The notes: generated by a model from the sequence alone, not told the origin. 64,000 nt of DNA from Candidatus Omnitrophota bacterium (GCA_041667545.1 JBAYES010000004.1:152-64151); one strand, 5' to 3'. Shown: positions 45,856 to 55,546, numbered from the stretch's first letter. Numbers and translations are program-made.

Positions 45856-46995
45856 ATGGCCGGTTATTTAGAAGCATGGGAGAGGATATTCGGAATGAAG
45901 AAGGTTAAGCGTATTTTTATTTCCGCTACAAGGCAGAATGTCGGTAAGACCACCGTTTCTATGGGGCTCATAGCCTCTCTTGGAAAAAGATTCAAGGGCA
46001 TTTCTTTTATAAAGCCGGTGGGGCAGAGGTACCTTGTGGAAGACGGCAACAAGGTGGACGAAGACTCTATACTCATGGACCGCATATTCAATTTCGGCAT
46101 TCCTTTGCAGAACATGTCGCCTGTTGCCGTGGAGAAGGGGTACACGGAAAGATTCCTGGATGGGGATATAACCGCGGATGCCGGTCTTAAGATACGAACG
46201 GCATTCGATAATGTCGCCGAAGGCAGGGAAGTTGTTATTATCGAGGGTACCGGGCATGCCGGAGTAGGGTCGGTGTTTGATCTTTCAAACGCGGCTGTCG
46301 CTAAAATGCTGGATTCCAAAGTTGTTATAGTCTCAATGGGCGGTATAGGCAACCCCATAGACGAGGTCATGCTGAATAAATCTCTTTTCGACAGGATGGG
46401 GGTGAAGATAGCGGGAGTAATTGTTAACAAGGTTCTTCCTCATAAGTACGAAAAGGTCTCGAGGTATGTACGCGTGGGCCTTGACAGGCTGGGAGTGCCT
46501 GTTCTGGGGGTAATGCCTTACGCGGAAATATTGGATATTCCCACAATGAGGGACATAAAGGAAGAACTTGATATGCATGTGCTTTGCGGAGAGGATCTTC
46601 TCGGCAGGCAGATGTCGAGGGTTCTTGTAGGAGCAATGGAGGTACGCGAAGCCATACATGACCTTGAAGACGACTGTCTTGTCATAACTCCCGGGAACAG
46701 GACAGACCTTATAAGCTTGATAATAAAAGTTCAAACCGGAAGGTTCAAGTCCCCTAAAAGGGTCGCGGGACTTATTCTTTCCGGCGGGGTGGCCCCGAAA
46801 AAAAGGGCCTATTCCGCCCTTAAACGGGCCGGTATCCCCACCCTTCTTTCACGCCTTGATACTTACGATGTTGCCGCCAGGGTACATGACCTTACTGTCA
46901 AGATAAAATATCGCGATAATAACAAGGTAAAACTGGCCATCGATATGGTGGAAAAGCATGTCGATCTCGAAATGGTCATCAAAAACCTGGGGTAG
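45856..46995 (+). CDS. P-loop (BioD/CobQ-like) plus DRTGG domain protein, resembling the phosphotransacetylase N-terminal domain
   Basis: P-loop ATRQNVGKTTVSMGL near the N-terminus and a DRTGG-type motif (ITPGNRTDLISLI) later. The start may be the ATG at 45898 (MKKVKRIF…). Confidence 0.55.
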   Translation: MAGYLEAWERIFGMKKVKRIFISATRQNVGKTTVSMGLIASLGKRFKGISFIKPVGQRYLVEDGNKVDEDSILMDRIFNFGIPLQNMSPVAVEKGYTERFLDGDITADAGLKIRTAFDNVAEGREVVIIEGTGHAGVGSVFDLSNAAVAKMLDSKVVIVSMGGIGNPIDEVMLNKSLFDRMGVKIAGVIVNKVLPHKYEKVSRYVRVGLDRLGVPVLGVMPYAEILDIPTMRDIKEELDMHVLCGEDLLGRQMSRVLVGAMEVREAIHDLEDDCLVITPGNRTDLISLIIKVQTGRFKSPKRVAGLILSGGVAPKKRAYSALKRAGIPTLLSRLDTYDVAARVHDLTVKIKYRDNNKVKLAIDMVEKHVDLEMVIKNLG

Positions 46996-47030
46996 GCCGA
47001 AGGATCCCGAGTCTGCGTGAAAGTTTTACC

Positions 47031-48086
47031 ATGACGAAAAAAAATAGAAAAATACTTATCGCGATTCTCGTCGTTCTCCTGGCATCGGCTTCGGTCTATC
47101 TGGCCTATTACAGCCCGACGCTTCCTCCAAAAAACCCAACGGATGCGGATATATCTAAAACTATGCCTCTTATGGATACTTTTGTTTCGATAAGGGCGAT
47201 ATCTTCCTCGATGAGCGAAACAGATATCCATAATGCCATCAAAGACGCATTTTCTTACGCCGGAACGCTTGAAAACATGCTCAGCATTTATAACCCTGAA
47301 AGCGAACTCAATAAACTCAATCTTGAGCGGGAGATAAACCCTTCTCCGGATCTTTTATCCGTTATTCTCGCCGCGCGACGGGTGAATGAATTTACTCTGG
47401 GTTTTTTTGACCCGACTGTGGTCCCTGTTCTCAAAAAGCACGGTTTTTACAAAGATATGGATGATAAGATCTTAGACAATATTCCGGAACTTGATTATGG
47501 GGTAGGTTTTAACAATGTCCGTATAGATGATATTTCCGGCAGGGTCTTTCTTGAAAACAACGCATGGCTTGACCTTTCAGGGATCGCGAAAGGATATATT
47601 GTGGACAGGATAGCCGGGTCATTAAGGGGCAGCGGAATAGAGACATTTCTTGTGAACGCGGGGGGCGATATCTACTGCGGGAAGGGTCCCGCGGGAAAAA
47701 ACTGGCGTATTGGTATTAGAGAGCCAGGAAGAGAGAACATGATAGCCGTACTGGACCTTGAGCTTGCGGCTGTTGCCACAAGCGGGGACTATGAGAATGT
47801 GATAATTGACGAGATCTCCGGAGAACCGGCCGCGCATATAATCGACCCGAAAACTTTTACCGTTTCCGGTGTATTGCCTTCAGGCTTTACGGTCATCGCT
47901 CAGGAATGCGTTACTGCAGACGCTTTCGCGACAGGTATGGCGGTAATGGGTCCCAAAAGATCCGTTGAATTAGCGGAAAATATTGACGGTGTTGAAGTGG
48001 TAGCGGTCAAGTCTTCAGGGAGAAAGAGCGAAATATTTATTTCCGGCGGTGCAGAAAAATATTTTTCAGAGAAGGGGAATAGATGA
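47031..48086 (+). CDS. apbE: FAD:protein FMN transferase ApbE
   Basis: Signal/TM N-terminus, MDTFVSI…, a GIAKGY motif, and C-terminal …TADAFATG…. Confidence 0.85.
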   Translation: MTKKNRKILIAILVVLLASASVYLAYYSPTLPPKNPTDADISKTMPLMDTFVSIRAISSSMSETDIHNAIKDAFSYAGTLENMLSIYNPESELNKLNLEREINPSPDLLSVILAARRVNEFTLGFFDPTVVPVLKKHGFYKDMDDKILDNIPELDYGVGFNNVRIDDISGRVFLENNAWLDLSGIAKGYIVDRIAGSLRGSGIETFLVNAGGDIYCGKGPAGKNWRIGIREPGRENMIAVLDLELAAVATSGDYENVIIDEISGEPAAHIIDPKTFTVSGVLPSGFTVIAQECVTADAFATGMAVMGPKRSVELAENIDGVEVVAVKSSGRKSEIFISGGAEKYFSEKGNR

Positions 48087-49129
48087 AAATTGTTGTCGCG
48101 ATGTCGGGCGGGGTGGATTCTTCGGTCGCCGCCCTGAAACTTAAAAAAGAGGGTTATGAGCTTATAGGAATTACAATGAAGACCTGGCCGAAAGAAGACT
48201 GCGGCCGGGGAGATGAGAGGACATGCTGTTCGCTTGAAGCGGTCCAGTATGCCCGGAGCGTGGCGGAAGACCTGGAGATACCTCATTATGTGGTCGATCT
48301 TTCCCGCGAGTTCGCACGCGAGGTAAAAGACTATTTCATACAAGAATATTCAAGCGGAAGGACACCGAACCCCTGCATATACTGCAATAGCAGGATAAAG
48401 TTCGGATATCTCATGAAGAAAGCCAGGGAGCTCGGCGCGGATAGCATAGCTACAGGCCATTATGCGCGCGTCAGTTTTGACGGCGATAGAGCTGTTTTGA
48501 GAGAGGCGGTCGAGAAAAAGAAAGACCAGTCTTATTTTTTATGCGGTATACCGAGAAATGAGCTTAAACATATTCTGTTCCCTCTCGGAGAAATGCGGAA
48601 GAACGAGGTGAGGGAGCTTGCCCGGGAAAACGGTCTTATGTCCGCGGACAGAAGATCAAGTCAGGATATATGTTTTTCTCTCGCGGTGGAAGAAACAGGG
48701 GATCCTGGTGGAATTACTCCAGGAGATCTCCTTGATATTTCCGGCAAGGTCATAGGAAAACACCGAGGCGTAGCGTTCTATACCATAGGCCAGAGAAAGG
48801 GGCTGGGTCTCGGGATACATCTTCCTCTTTATGTTCTGTCAATAGACCCCGTTAACAACACTGTAACGGTTGGAAACAGGGAGAATGTTATGAAGGACAA
48901 TATCAGAGTAAAGATATTCAACTGGTTTTCGGATAGAGAGCTAAGACCCGGGGATATTTATGGCGTCAGGATACGTCATAACGGCGCAAAGGCTGAAGCC
49001 GCGGTAAGCGGATTATCCGAAAATGAAGCGATTATAAAATTTTCCGCGAAACAGTTCGCGCCGACTCCCGGCCAGGCGGCGGTGTTCTACTCGGAAGAGA
49101 CAGTAGCGGGAGCCGGATGGATTGTTTGA
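48083..49129 (+). CDS. mnmA: tRNA-specific 2-thiouridylase
   Basis: PP-loop VAMSGGVDSSVAA plus Cys motifs (NPCIYCN). Confidence 0.95.
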   Translation: MKIVVAMSGGVDSSVAALKLKKEGYELIGITMKTWPKEDCGRGDERTCCSLEAVQYARSVAEDLEIPHYVVDLSREFAREVKDYFIQEYSSGRTPNPCIYCNSRIKFGYLMKKARELGADSIATGHYARVSFDGDRAVLREAVEKKKDQSYFLCGIPRNELKHILFPLGEMRKNEVRELARENGLMSADRRSSQDICFSLAVEETGDPGGITPGDLLDISGKVIGKHRGVAFYTIGQRKGLGLGIHLPLYVLSIDPVNNTVTVGNRENVMKDNIRVKIFNWFSDRELRPGDIYGVRIRHNGAKAEAAVSGLSENEAIIKFSAKQFAPTPGQAAVFYSEETVAGAGWIV

Positions 49130-49175
49130 CAAGTGTTAAGGTTTCAAATATAATGAAGCCTCTGAAAATGCATTT

Positions 49176-49252
49176 GGCGGGGTAGCTCAGCTGGTTAGAG
49201 CGCACGGCTCATACCCGTGTTGTCGACGGTTCGAGTCCGTCCCCCGCTACCA
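49176..49252 (+). tRNA. tRNA-Met (anticodon CAU; could alternatively be the tRNA-Ile2 lysidine type)
   Basis: Hand-folded cloverleaf. The acceptor GGCGGGG/CCCCGCU has a G1-U72 pair. The D arm is TAGCTCAGCTGGTTAGAGC, the anticodon stem-loop is CACGG-CTCATAC-CCGTG, the variable loop is TTGTC, and the T arm is GACGG-TTCGAGT-CCGTC. It has discriminator A and an encoded CCA. Confidence 0.85.
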
Positions 49253-49256
49253 AGCA

Positions 49257-49301
49257 TAAAAAATCCGGGGTAACAAGCCCCGGATTTTTTATGCTTGATC
49301 C
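49257..49301 (+). terminator. Bidirectional Rho-independent terminator after tRNA-Met (copy 1 of a 41-bp direct repeat)
   Basis: AGCATAAAAAATCCGGGGTAACAAGCCCCGGATTTTTTATGCT is a perfect palindrome with A/T runs on both sides. Confidence 0.7.
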
Positions 49302-49360
49302 CGTAAATAATATTTTCCAGAAAGAAAATATTATTTACGGGGCCAGATACCACGATCTTA

Positions 49361-49401
49361 AATCCGGGGTAACAAGCCCCGGATTTTTTATGCTTGATCC
49401 T
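49361..49401 (+). terminator. Second copy of the same terminator hairpin (direct repeat)
   Basis: AAATCCGGGGTAACAAGCCCCGGATTTTTTATGCTTGATCC is identical to 49261-49301. Confidence 0.6.
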
Positions 49402-49445
49402 GAAACAACGCAACGGGGTCTGACCCCACTGACCCTCAGCGCCGT

Positions 49446-49553
49446 CGATACAAGGGCCTGGTGTTCCCGGAGAGGGTGTCGGACGACCGAGCGAAGATTT
49501 TCTCGCTGGGAAAATCGAGCGTCCCTCGCAGGGAATGCCAGGTCCTTGTATCG
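49446..49553 (+). mobile_element. MITE-like element, family D (23-bp TIR CGATACAAGGGYCTGGYRTTCCC), copy 1
   Basis: CGATACAAGGGCCTGGTGTTCCC…GGGAATGCCAGGTCCTTGTATCG with near-perfect terminal inverted repeats; about 108 bp. Confidence 0.7.
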
Positions 49554-50123
49554 TTACAGCTCCTTATAATATAAGTTTTCGTGGGGTCAGACACCGGCCT
49601 TGTTCCGCGATGAGGGCCAGAGTAATTTGGGGAGACTATACATAATTGCCATGTGTATTTTTGGTCATAATTAATTATCGTGTCCCCGGAACTGCCGCGT
49701 ACACTAAACTACAGGGGAGATTACGGAAATGATCACGAGTACGAGGAGAGTTCTCTTCGGTCAAGGGCCCCCGTTTGGAATTTTAGGTTTTCGTGTGGTG
49801 TTTTTTTGATAATTACAACACTTGCGGTTGTTTGAACCCTCCGAAGCCACGTTCTCCGGGGCGTAGGAGGGTGAGTTCCGCAAGGTCAAAAAAACGGCAT
49901 ACGAAAGCCGTTAAGAAATTCCATGGGGAGGACCGAAGATAACTCTCCTCAAGAGTAAAATTTCCGGAAGGGCGAAATTATGTATGTACGTCCACAGAGA
50001 ATTTCGGAGGGAGCAAGTTGTACACAAAGTTTGTTGCATAAACTTTTAAACATGTTATTATGGTTGCAAGGGGAAACATCTTGTTTTGGGACGGATATAA
50101 TGTGAAAAGAGGGGGGTAGTGTT

Positions 50124-51131
50124 ATGGATGATTTTCGTTCGCCTGACGATCTTTTTAAGGAAGAGGTCAGAAAAGTGAAAAAGATGGGCAAGGACTACGG
50201 AGGGTATATCCCTTTGGTAGTAGCGGCTCTTGCCTTGATAATAGTTCTTCAGGGATCTCTTTACTCTGTCGCCACCGACGAGGTGGGAGTGATACAGAGA
50301 TTCGGTAAGTTCACAAGGACCACCGAACCGGGGCTTCATATTAAGATCCCTTTTGGTATTGAGAAGATGACGCCGGTCAAAGTGAAAAAAATATTCAAAG
50401 AGGAGTTTGGTTTCAGAACGGCTCGTCCGGGAGCAACTTCCACATATGTCGCCAGGAGTTTTCCTGAAGAATCTCTCATGCTCACAGGCGACCTCAATAT
50501 ACTTGACGTGCGATGGATAGTTCAGTACCGCGTGTCAGATCCTCTGGCACTGCTTTTTAAAACGCGTAAGCCGGAAAGCAATGTCAGGGATATGGCGGAG
50601 GTCATAATGAGGAGACTTGTGGGCGACTATACAGTAGACGAGGTACTTACAACGAAAAGAGAGGAAATAGACGACCTTGCTCAGCGCTCGCTTCAGGAAC
50701 TCATGGATAAATTCCAAACCGGCATAACGATCGTCACTCTTAAACTTCTCGATGTGAATCCTCCTGATCCCGTGAAACCGGCTTTCAATGAGGTTAATGA
50801 AGCCCGGCAGCAAAGAGAACAAATGATAAACCAGGCATGGGAAGCGTATAACAAGGCCATACCCAAAGCGGAGGGAGAAGCCAAACGCACCATTCACCAG
50901 GCCGAAGGGTACAAAGTGAACAGGGTAAATAGAGCGAAGGGAGAAGCCGCGAAATTCACAAAGACCTGGGAGGAATACGTGAAAGCTCCGGATGTTACGA
51001 AGAGGAGGCTTTATCTTGAGGCCATGAACGACATACTTCCCAGGGCAAAGGCCAAATACATAGTCGATAACGAACATACATCAATACTTCCGCTGCTCAG
51101 GCTCGGAGAAGAGGGGAGTGATGCAAGATGA
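50124..51131 (+). CDS. hflK: Protease modulator HflK (SPFH/band-7)
   Basis: N-terminal TM followed by the SPFH domain (…VGVIQRFGKFTRTTEPGLHIKIPFGIEKMTPVKV…) and a coiled-coil C-terminus. Confidence 0.9.
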   Translation: MDDFRSPDDLFKEEVRKVKKMGKDYGGYIPLVVAALALIIVLQGSLYSVATDEVGVIQRFGKFTRTTEPGLHIKIPFGIEKMTPVKVKKIFKEEFGFRTARPGATSTYVARSFPEESLMLTGDLNILDVRWIVQYRVSDPLALLFKTRKPESNVRDMAEVIMRRLVGDYTVDEVLTTKREEIDDLAQRSLQELMDKFQTGITIVTLKLLDVNPPDPVKPAFNEVNEARQQREQMINQAWEAYNKAIPKAEGEAKRTIHQAEGYKVNRVNRAKGEAAKFTKTWEEYVKAPDVTKRRLYLEAMNDILPRAKAKYIVDNEHTSILPLLRLGEEGSDAR

Positions 51132-52075
51132 AAAAATTAATAAACATTATATCGGCCGTACTTATAGTAGTGGTAGTGTTCTTTGTTTCGGGCGCGGCAT
51201 ATATTATTAATGAAACACAGCAGGTAGTTATAACACAGTTCGGTATGCCGGTTGGCGAGGCTATAAAAGACGCGGGATTGCATTTTAAGCTGCCGTTCAT
51301 CCACAGCGCGAATTATTTTGAGAAAAGGCTGCTTGAATGGGACGGCGACCCTAATCAGATACCGACGCGCGACAAAAAATATATCTGGGTGGATACAACG
51401 GCGAGGTGGAAGATAGTTGATCCCCTGAAATTTTTTCAGTCCGTGGGCAATGAGTGGGGAGCCCATGCGAGGCTGGACGATATTATAAACTCCGCAACAA
51501 GGGACGTTATTACGGGTAATGCCCTAGTCGAGGTAATACGTGACACTAACCGTATACTTGACACCGAACCTGATGATGATTTGGCGGGGGTGACGATATC
51601 GGAAGAAGCGCTTGAGCGTATCTTTTCGGGCAGGGAGGCACTTGAGGCAAATATATTGGAACGCGCCGCTGTAATTGCTCCCCAGTATGGAATAGTTGTG
51701 GTAGATGTCAGAGTAAAGCGCCTCAATTACGTAGATGAGGTGCGCAGAAGAGTTTATGACCGGATGATATCAGAAAGGAAAAGAGCCGCCGAGATGTATC
51801 GTTCCGAGGGACGCGGACGCAGCGCCGATATACAGGGCCAGATGGAAAAAGAACTCGAAGCTATAACATCGGGAGCTTATAGAGCCGCGCAGGAGATCTT
51901 CGGTGAAGCTGACGCGGAAGCTGTGGAGATATACGCTGAAGCTTATGGCAGGGACGCTGATTTCTACTCCTTCATGAAGACACTTGAGACCTACGGAAAT
52001 ACCGTAGACGGCAGTACTACAGTAATACTGACAACCGACGCGGATTATTACAGGTACCTTAAGAAAAGCGAGTAA
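51128..52075 (+). CDS. hflC: Protease modulator HflC
   Basis: TM followed by SPFH (…QQVVITQFGMPVGEAIKDAGLHFKLPFIHSANYFEKRLLEWDGDPNQIPT…). It overlaps hflK by 4 nt. Confidence 0.9.
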   Translation: MKKLINIISAVLIVVVVFFVSGAAYIINETQQVVITQFGMPVGEAIKDAGLHFKLPFIHSANYFEKRLLEWDGDPNQIPTRDKKYIWVDTTARWKIVDPLKFFQSVGNEWGAHARLDDIINSATRDVITGNALVEVIRDTNRILDTEPDDDLAGVTISEEALERIFSGREALEANILERAAVIAPQYGIVVVDVRVKRLNYVDEVRRRVYDRMISERKRAAEMYRSEGRGRSADIQGQMEKELEAITSGAYRAAQEIFGEADAEAVEIYAEAYGRDADFYSFMKTLETYGNTVDGSTTVILTTDADYYRYLKKSE

Positions 52076-52099
52076 CCCGGACAGGGAGGAGAAAAAATT

Positions 52100-52825
52100 A
52101 TGTCCTCTAAAGAAAATGATAAAAGCGCCATGAAAGTGGAGCAGGCTTACACTAAACTTAAAAAGGCATACCTCGCGCTTAAGGATTCCCATGTGGAAAT
52201 GGTATTCAAACTTGCCCTTGTCTCGGAGATGAGGGACAGGTCTACGGGGGTCCATCTTGTAAGAATAGCCGACTACAGCGCTCTGATAGCGGAGGGGCTT
52301 GGGCTAGATAAAGATGAAATAGAAATAGTGCGTATGGCGAGCCCTATGCATGATATAGGAAAGGTTATGCTGCCCGACGCGATTTTGAAAAAGGATGGGG
52401 GACTTACGGGTAAAGAAATGGATGAGATAAAAAAACATCCTATAGTGGGAGCCCGAATCTTTGCTCACGCCAAAACACCCATGCTTAAGGCCTGCGAGAT
52501 AATAGCTCGTACACATCATGAAAGATATGACGGTACAGGGTATCCCAAAGGGTTGAAAGGGGAAGATATTCCCCTTTACGGAAGAATAGTCGCGCTTGCC
52601 GATTGTTTTGACGCGTACACTTCACGCCGGCCTTATAAGGAAGCTTTTGATTTTGACAGGTCGGTTTCTATGGTGAAAGAGCGTGCCGGAACACATTTTT
52701 CGCCCGCCGTGGTCTCGGCTTTTCTCAGGCAGATAGAAAAAATAAAAAAAATATGGGAAGCGAATAGGGACATTCAGGCCTTTCTGGATGAAATGGAGCT
52801 TGAACAGGAAAAATTACTGGAGTAG
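52100..52825 (+). CDS. HD-GYP domain phosphohydrolase (likely c-di-GMP phosphodiesterase)
   Basis: HD motif (SPMHDIGKV), HHERYDGTGYP (GYP motif) and …LADCFDAYTSRRPYK…. Confidence 0.85.
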   Translation: MSSKENDKSAMKVEQAYTKLKKAYLALKDSHVEMVFKLALVSEMRDRSTGVHLVRIADYSALIAEGLGLDKDEIEIVRMASPMHDIGKVMLPDAILKKDGGLTGKEMDEIKKHPIVGARIFAHAKTPMLKACEIIARTHHERYDGTGYPKGLKGEDIPLYGRIVALADCFDAYTSRRPYKEAFDFDRSVSMVKERAGTHFSPAVVSAFLRQIEKIKKIWEANRDIQAFLDEMELEQEKLLE

Positions 52826-52868
52826 CCGGAGAAACAATAACAGGATAAGAACATTACCGGAGGATAAA

Positions 52869-53051
52869 ATGGCGGAAAAGAATCTGAAACTGAAAAAGCT
52901 GTCCCGTTCCAAGGTTAAAACTTTTAAGATTCGCAACAGGAAAGGCTATGCCGCGATCTGTGAGAACAATCTTACCGAAGGAGTATCGGAACAGGAAGCT
53001 ATCCGAAGGATGAATGTGGCTTTAAAGAGGATTGGGCTTACGATAATGTGA
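52869..53051 (+). CDS. Hypothetical small basic protein (60 aa)
   Basis: MAEKNLKLKKLSRSKVKTFKIRNRKGYAAICENNLTEGVSEQEAIRRMNVALKRIGLTIM. There is an AGGAGGATAAAATG context in the sequence. I recognise no family. The track ORF from 52788 carries an N-terminal extension that overlaps the HD-GYP gene. Confidence 0.3.
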   Translation: MAEKNLKLKKLSRSKVKTFKIRNRKGYAAICENNLTEGVSEQEAIRRMNVALKRIGLTIM

Positions 53052-53662
53052 TGGAAACGGTTTTTTCCATAGTCGCTTTTATAATAGCTATAGGAGCGCA
53101 TGAATTTTTTCACGCCGCCGCCGCGTACAGGCTTGGGGATATGACAGCGCGTGATTCCGGAAGATTGACGTTGAACCCCGCCGCTCATGTGGATCTTTTC
53201 GGAACGCTTATACTTCCCGCGCTGCTTATTCTTACAAGGTTCCCCGTTGTTTTTGGATGGGCAAAACCGGTACCCGTAAATCCCGCGAACTTTGATTCTC
53301 CAAGACATGGAATGATGATCACATCAATAGCAGGCCCGATGGCTAATTTTATCCTGGCGGTTGTTTTCGCAGGACTTCTAAGGCTTACAGCCGCAGGCAA
53401 TCTTTTACCGCAGTCGGCGGGTGTATTTTTTCTATACTGCATCCTGATAAACGTGGTCATAGGCCTTTTTAATCTTATACCGGTGCCTCCTCTGGACGGT
53501 TCCAACATTCTGGCGGGACTATTGCCGCTTAAAGCGGCCGTATCTTACATGAAGGTCTCACGGTATGGTTTTCTCATCCTTATAGCGCTTTTGTACCTTG
53601 GTGTATTTGAAAGATTAATACTGCCTTTAGCGGCATCAATAATAAAGTTTTTAATCGGATAG
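53048..53662 (+). CDS. Site-2 protease family (peptidase M50) membrane metalloprotease
   Basis: HExxH in TM1 (IGAHEFFHAAAAYRLG), multiple TM helices and an LDG motif (PVPPLDGSNIL). Confidence 0.8.
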   Translation: MMETVFSIVAFIIAIGAHEFFHAAAAYRLGDMTARDSGRLTLNPAAHVDLFGTLILPALLILTRFPVVFGWAKPVPVNPANFDSPRHGMMITSIAGPMANFILAVVFAGLLRLTAAGNLLPQSAGVFFLYCILINVVIGLFNLIPVPPLDGSNILAGLLPLKAAVSYMKVSRYGFLILIALLYLGVFERLILPLAASIIKFLIG

Positions 53663-53706
53663 AAAAATTGCTTCGCGCATGGGTGATTTTGATAGCTGGT
53701 CAGGAG

Positions 53707-54734
53707 AAATGAAGGTTAAACCTCTAAAAAAAGCGTGTATTAAGAAAGACATCCTGAGGCTGCTTAAACAGGATTTTCCGGACTTTATTTCCGGGGAAAA
53801 AATGTCCGGTAAATTCGGGATTTCCCGGGCTGGGCTATGGAAACATATTGAGGCCTTGAGGAAAGAAGGATACGTTGTCGAATCCTTTCCCAGAAAAGGA
53901 TATCGGCTTGAGTCGAGCCCGGAAAGGCTTACGGATATTGACATACAGGGCACGATCAAAACCCGGGTCATTGGACGGGGGGAAATACATTGTTTTGATG
54001 TCACGGAGTCTACCAACGCGCTGGCTTGTTCTCTCGCCTCGGAAGGCGCTCCGGAGGGAACCGTAGTTACCGCAGAGTCCCAGACCAAAGGACGGGGAAG
54101 GTTGGGACGGCCATGGGAATCTCCTCCGGGGGGGCTGTATTTTTCAGTTATACTTCGTCCTGAGATGAGGATTGAGGAAATATCCGCCATGACACTGGTC
54201 GCGGCTTCCGCTATAGTAAACGCAATATCCGAGATCTCCTCGGCAAAAACCGGAATAAAATGGCCGAATGACATTTTTATAGGAGACAAAAAGGTGTGCG
54301 GCATACTTGCCGAGACTATGGGGCAGATGGATCGCACTGATTTTCTCGTGATCGGAGTGGGGATAAATGTCAATACGGAGAGAGAAAAGCTCCCGGAAGA
54401 AGCGACGAGCATGAAAGCCGAAACAGGTGAAACTGTAAACAGAATTGAGTTTTTGTGTCTGATCCTGGAAAACTTGGAGAGGTATTACGATATTTTCAGG
54501 AGTAAAGGGTTTTCAGTTTTCAGGGAAGAGGTAAAGAGAATGTCAAATGCTCTTGGCAACGAAGTGAGTGTAGAGACCAACAGGAACACAGTTTTTGGAA
54601 TAGCGGTAGATATTGACGGGATGGGAGCGCTCATTGTGAGGGATCATGAAGGAAAAACACACAGCATACACAGCGGGGACGTTATTCTTCCAAAAAAATC
54701 CGGGATAAACGAGGTTGGGAAAAATGAAAAATAG
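53707..54734 (+). CDS. birA: Bifunctional biotin--protein ligase / biotin operon repressor BirA
   Basis: N-terminal HTH (FISGEKMSGKFGISRAGLWKHIEALRKEGYVVES) and the ligase core (GRGRLGRPWESPPGGLYFSVILRP; KWPNDI). The 53707 start (MKVKPL) avoids the overlap with the M50 gene. Confidence 0.85.
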
Positions 54735-55473
54735 AATCCTTATCGACATAGGAAATACTAATACCTCCATAGCTTCGGCCCGCGGACAGAAGATCACGAA
54801 AAAGTATTTTATACGTACCGCAAAAAACGAAGTGGCCCCGGAGTCTCTGAAGCGGCTTTTGGGAAAAGATCTTAAAGAGGCTTTCGAAATAATAATAGTG
54901 CAGGTTGTTCCGAAATTTCTTAATGTTTTCACGGCAAGTCTGAAGGAAGCGGCACGGGGGGTGCCTATACGCGTGGTTGGCGCAGATATAATCGTACCCA
55001 TAAAGGTTAAATATAAAGATCCAAAACAGGTCGGGCAGGATCGTCTTGTTACGGCCTATGGGGGGGTGGCCGCCTATGGCTCACCGATAATCATGATAGA
55101 TTTTGGTACGGCCGTGACATTTGATTGTGTGGGGGACGACGGAGCGTATGAGGGAGGGCTTATTTTCCCGGGTCTCAGACTTGCCCTTGAAGCTCTTTCC
55201 TCAAAAGCGGCTTTGCTTCCTAAAATAGAACTTTCGCCCGCGAGAGAACTTATTGGAACGGATACTGAGAACAGTATAAATAGCGGCGTCATTTACGGGT
55301 TTGCGGGAGCCTGTGATGGAATAGTGCGAAGGCTTAAAAAAAAATGTAAGAATTTGCCCAAGGTTATAGCAACAGGCGGAGACGCCCCACTCATATCTAA
55401 ATACACCAAAGAGATAGACAAGGTGCATAACGATATCATTTTCGAAGCCCTCTCCCTGCTCGCTGATATCTGA
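54724..55473 (+). CDS. coaX: Type III pantothenate kinase
   Basis: ILIDIGNTNTSIA… and later …GTDTENSINSG… It follows birA, an adjacency seen in many genomes. Confidence 0.9.
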   Translation: MKNRILIDIGNTNTSIASARGQKITKKYFIRTAKNEVAPESLKRLLGKDLKEAFEIIIVQVVPKFLNVFTASLKEAARGVPIRVVGADIIVPIKVKYKDPKQVGQDRLVTAYGGVAAYGSPIIMIDFGTAVTFDCVGDDGAYEGGLIFPGLRLALEALSSKAALLPKIELSPARELIGTDTENSINSGVIYGFAGACDGIVRRLKKKCKNLPKVIATGGDAPLISKYTKEIDKVHNDIIFEALSLLADI

Positions 55474-55497
55474 TCCCATTAACATATTTGTAACTGT

Positions 55498-55546
55498 CGA
55501 TACAAGGCTCTGGCATCCCCTGTGAGGGACGCCAGACCCTTGTATC
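55498..55546 (+). repeat. Family D minimal hairpin (TIR-to-TIR, no core)
   Basis: CGATACAAGGCTCTGGCATCCCCTGTGAGGGACGCCAGACCCTTGTATC is a 49-bp palindrome made of the two family D TIRs abutted. It lies between coaX and the groESL promoter. Confidence 0.6.

Noticed and set aside
49291-49569. 92-aa plus-strand ORF after the tRNA
   Set aside because: It spans a palindrome, a terminator hairpin and a MITE. It has no RBS and has repeat-derived composition.
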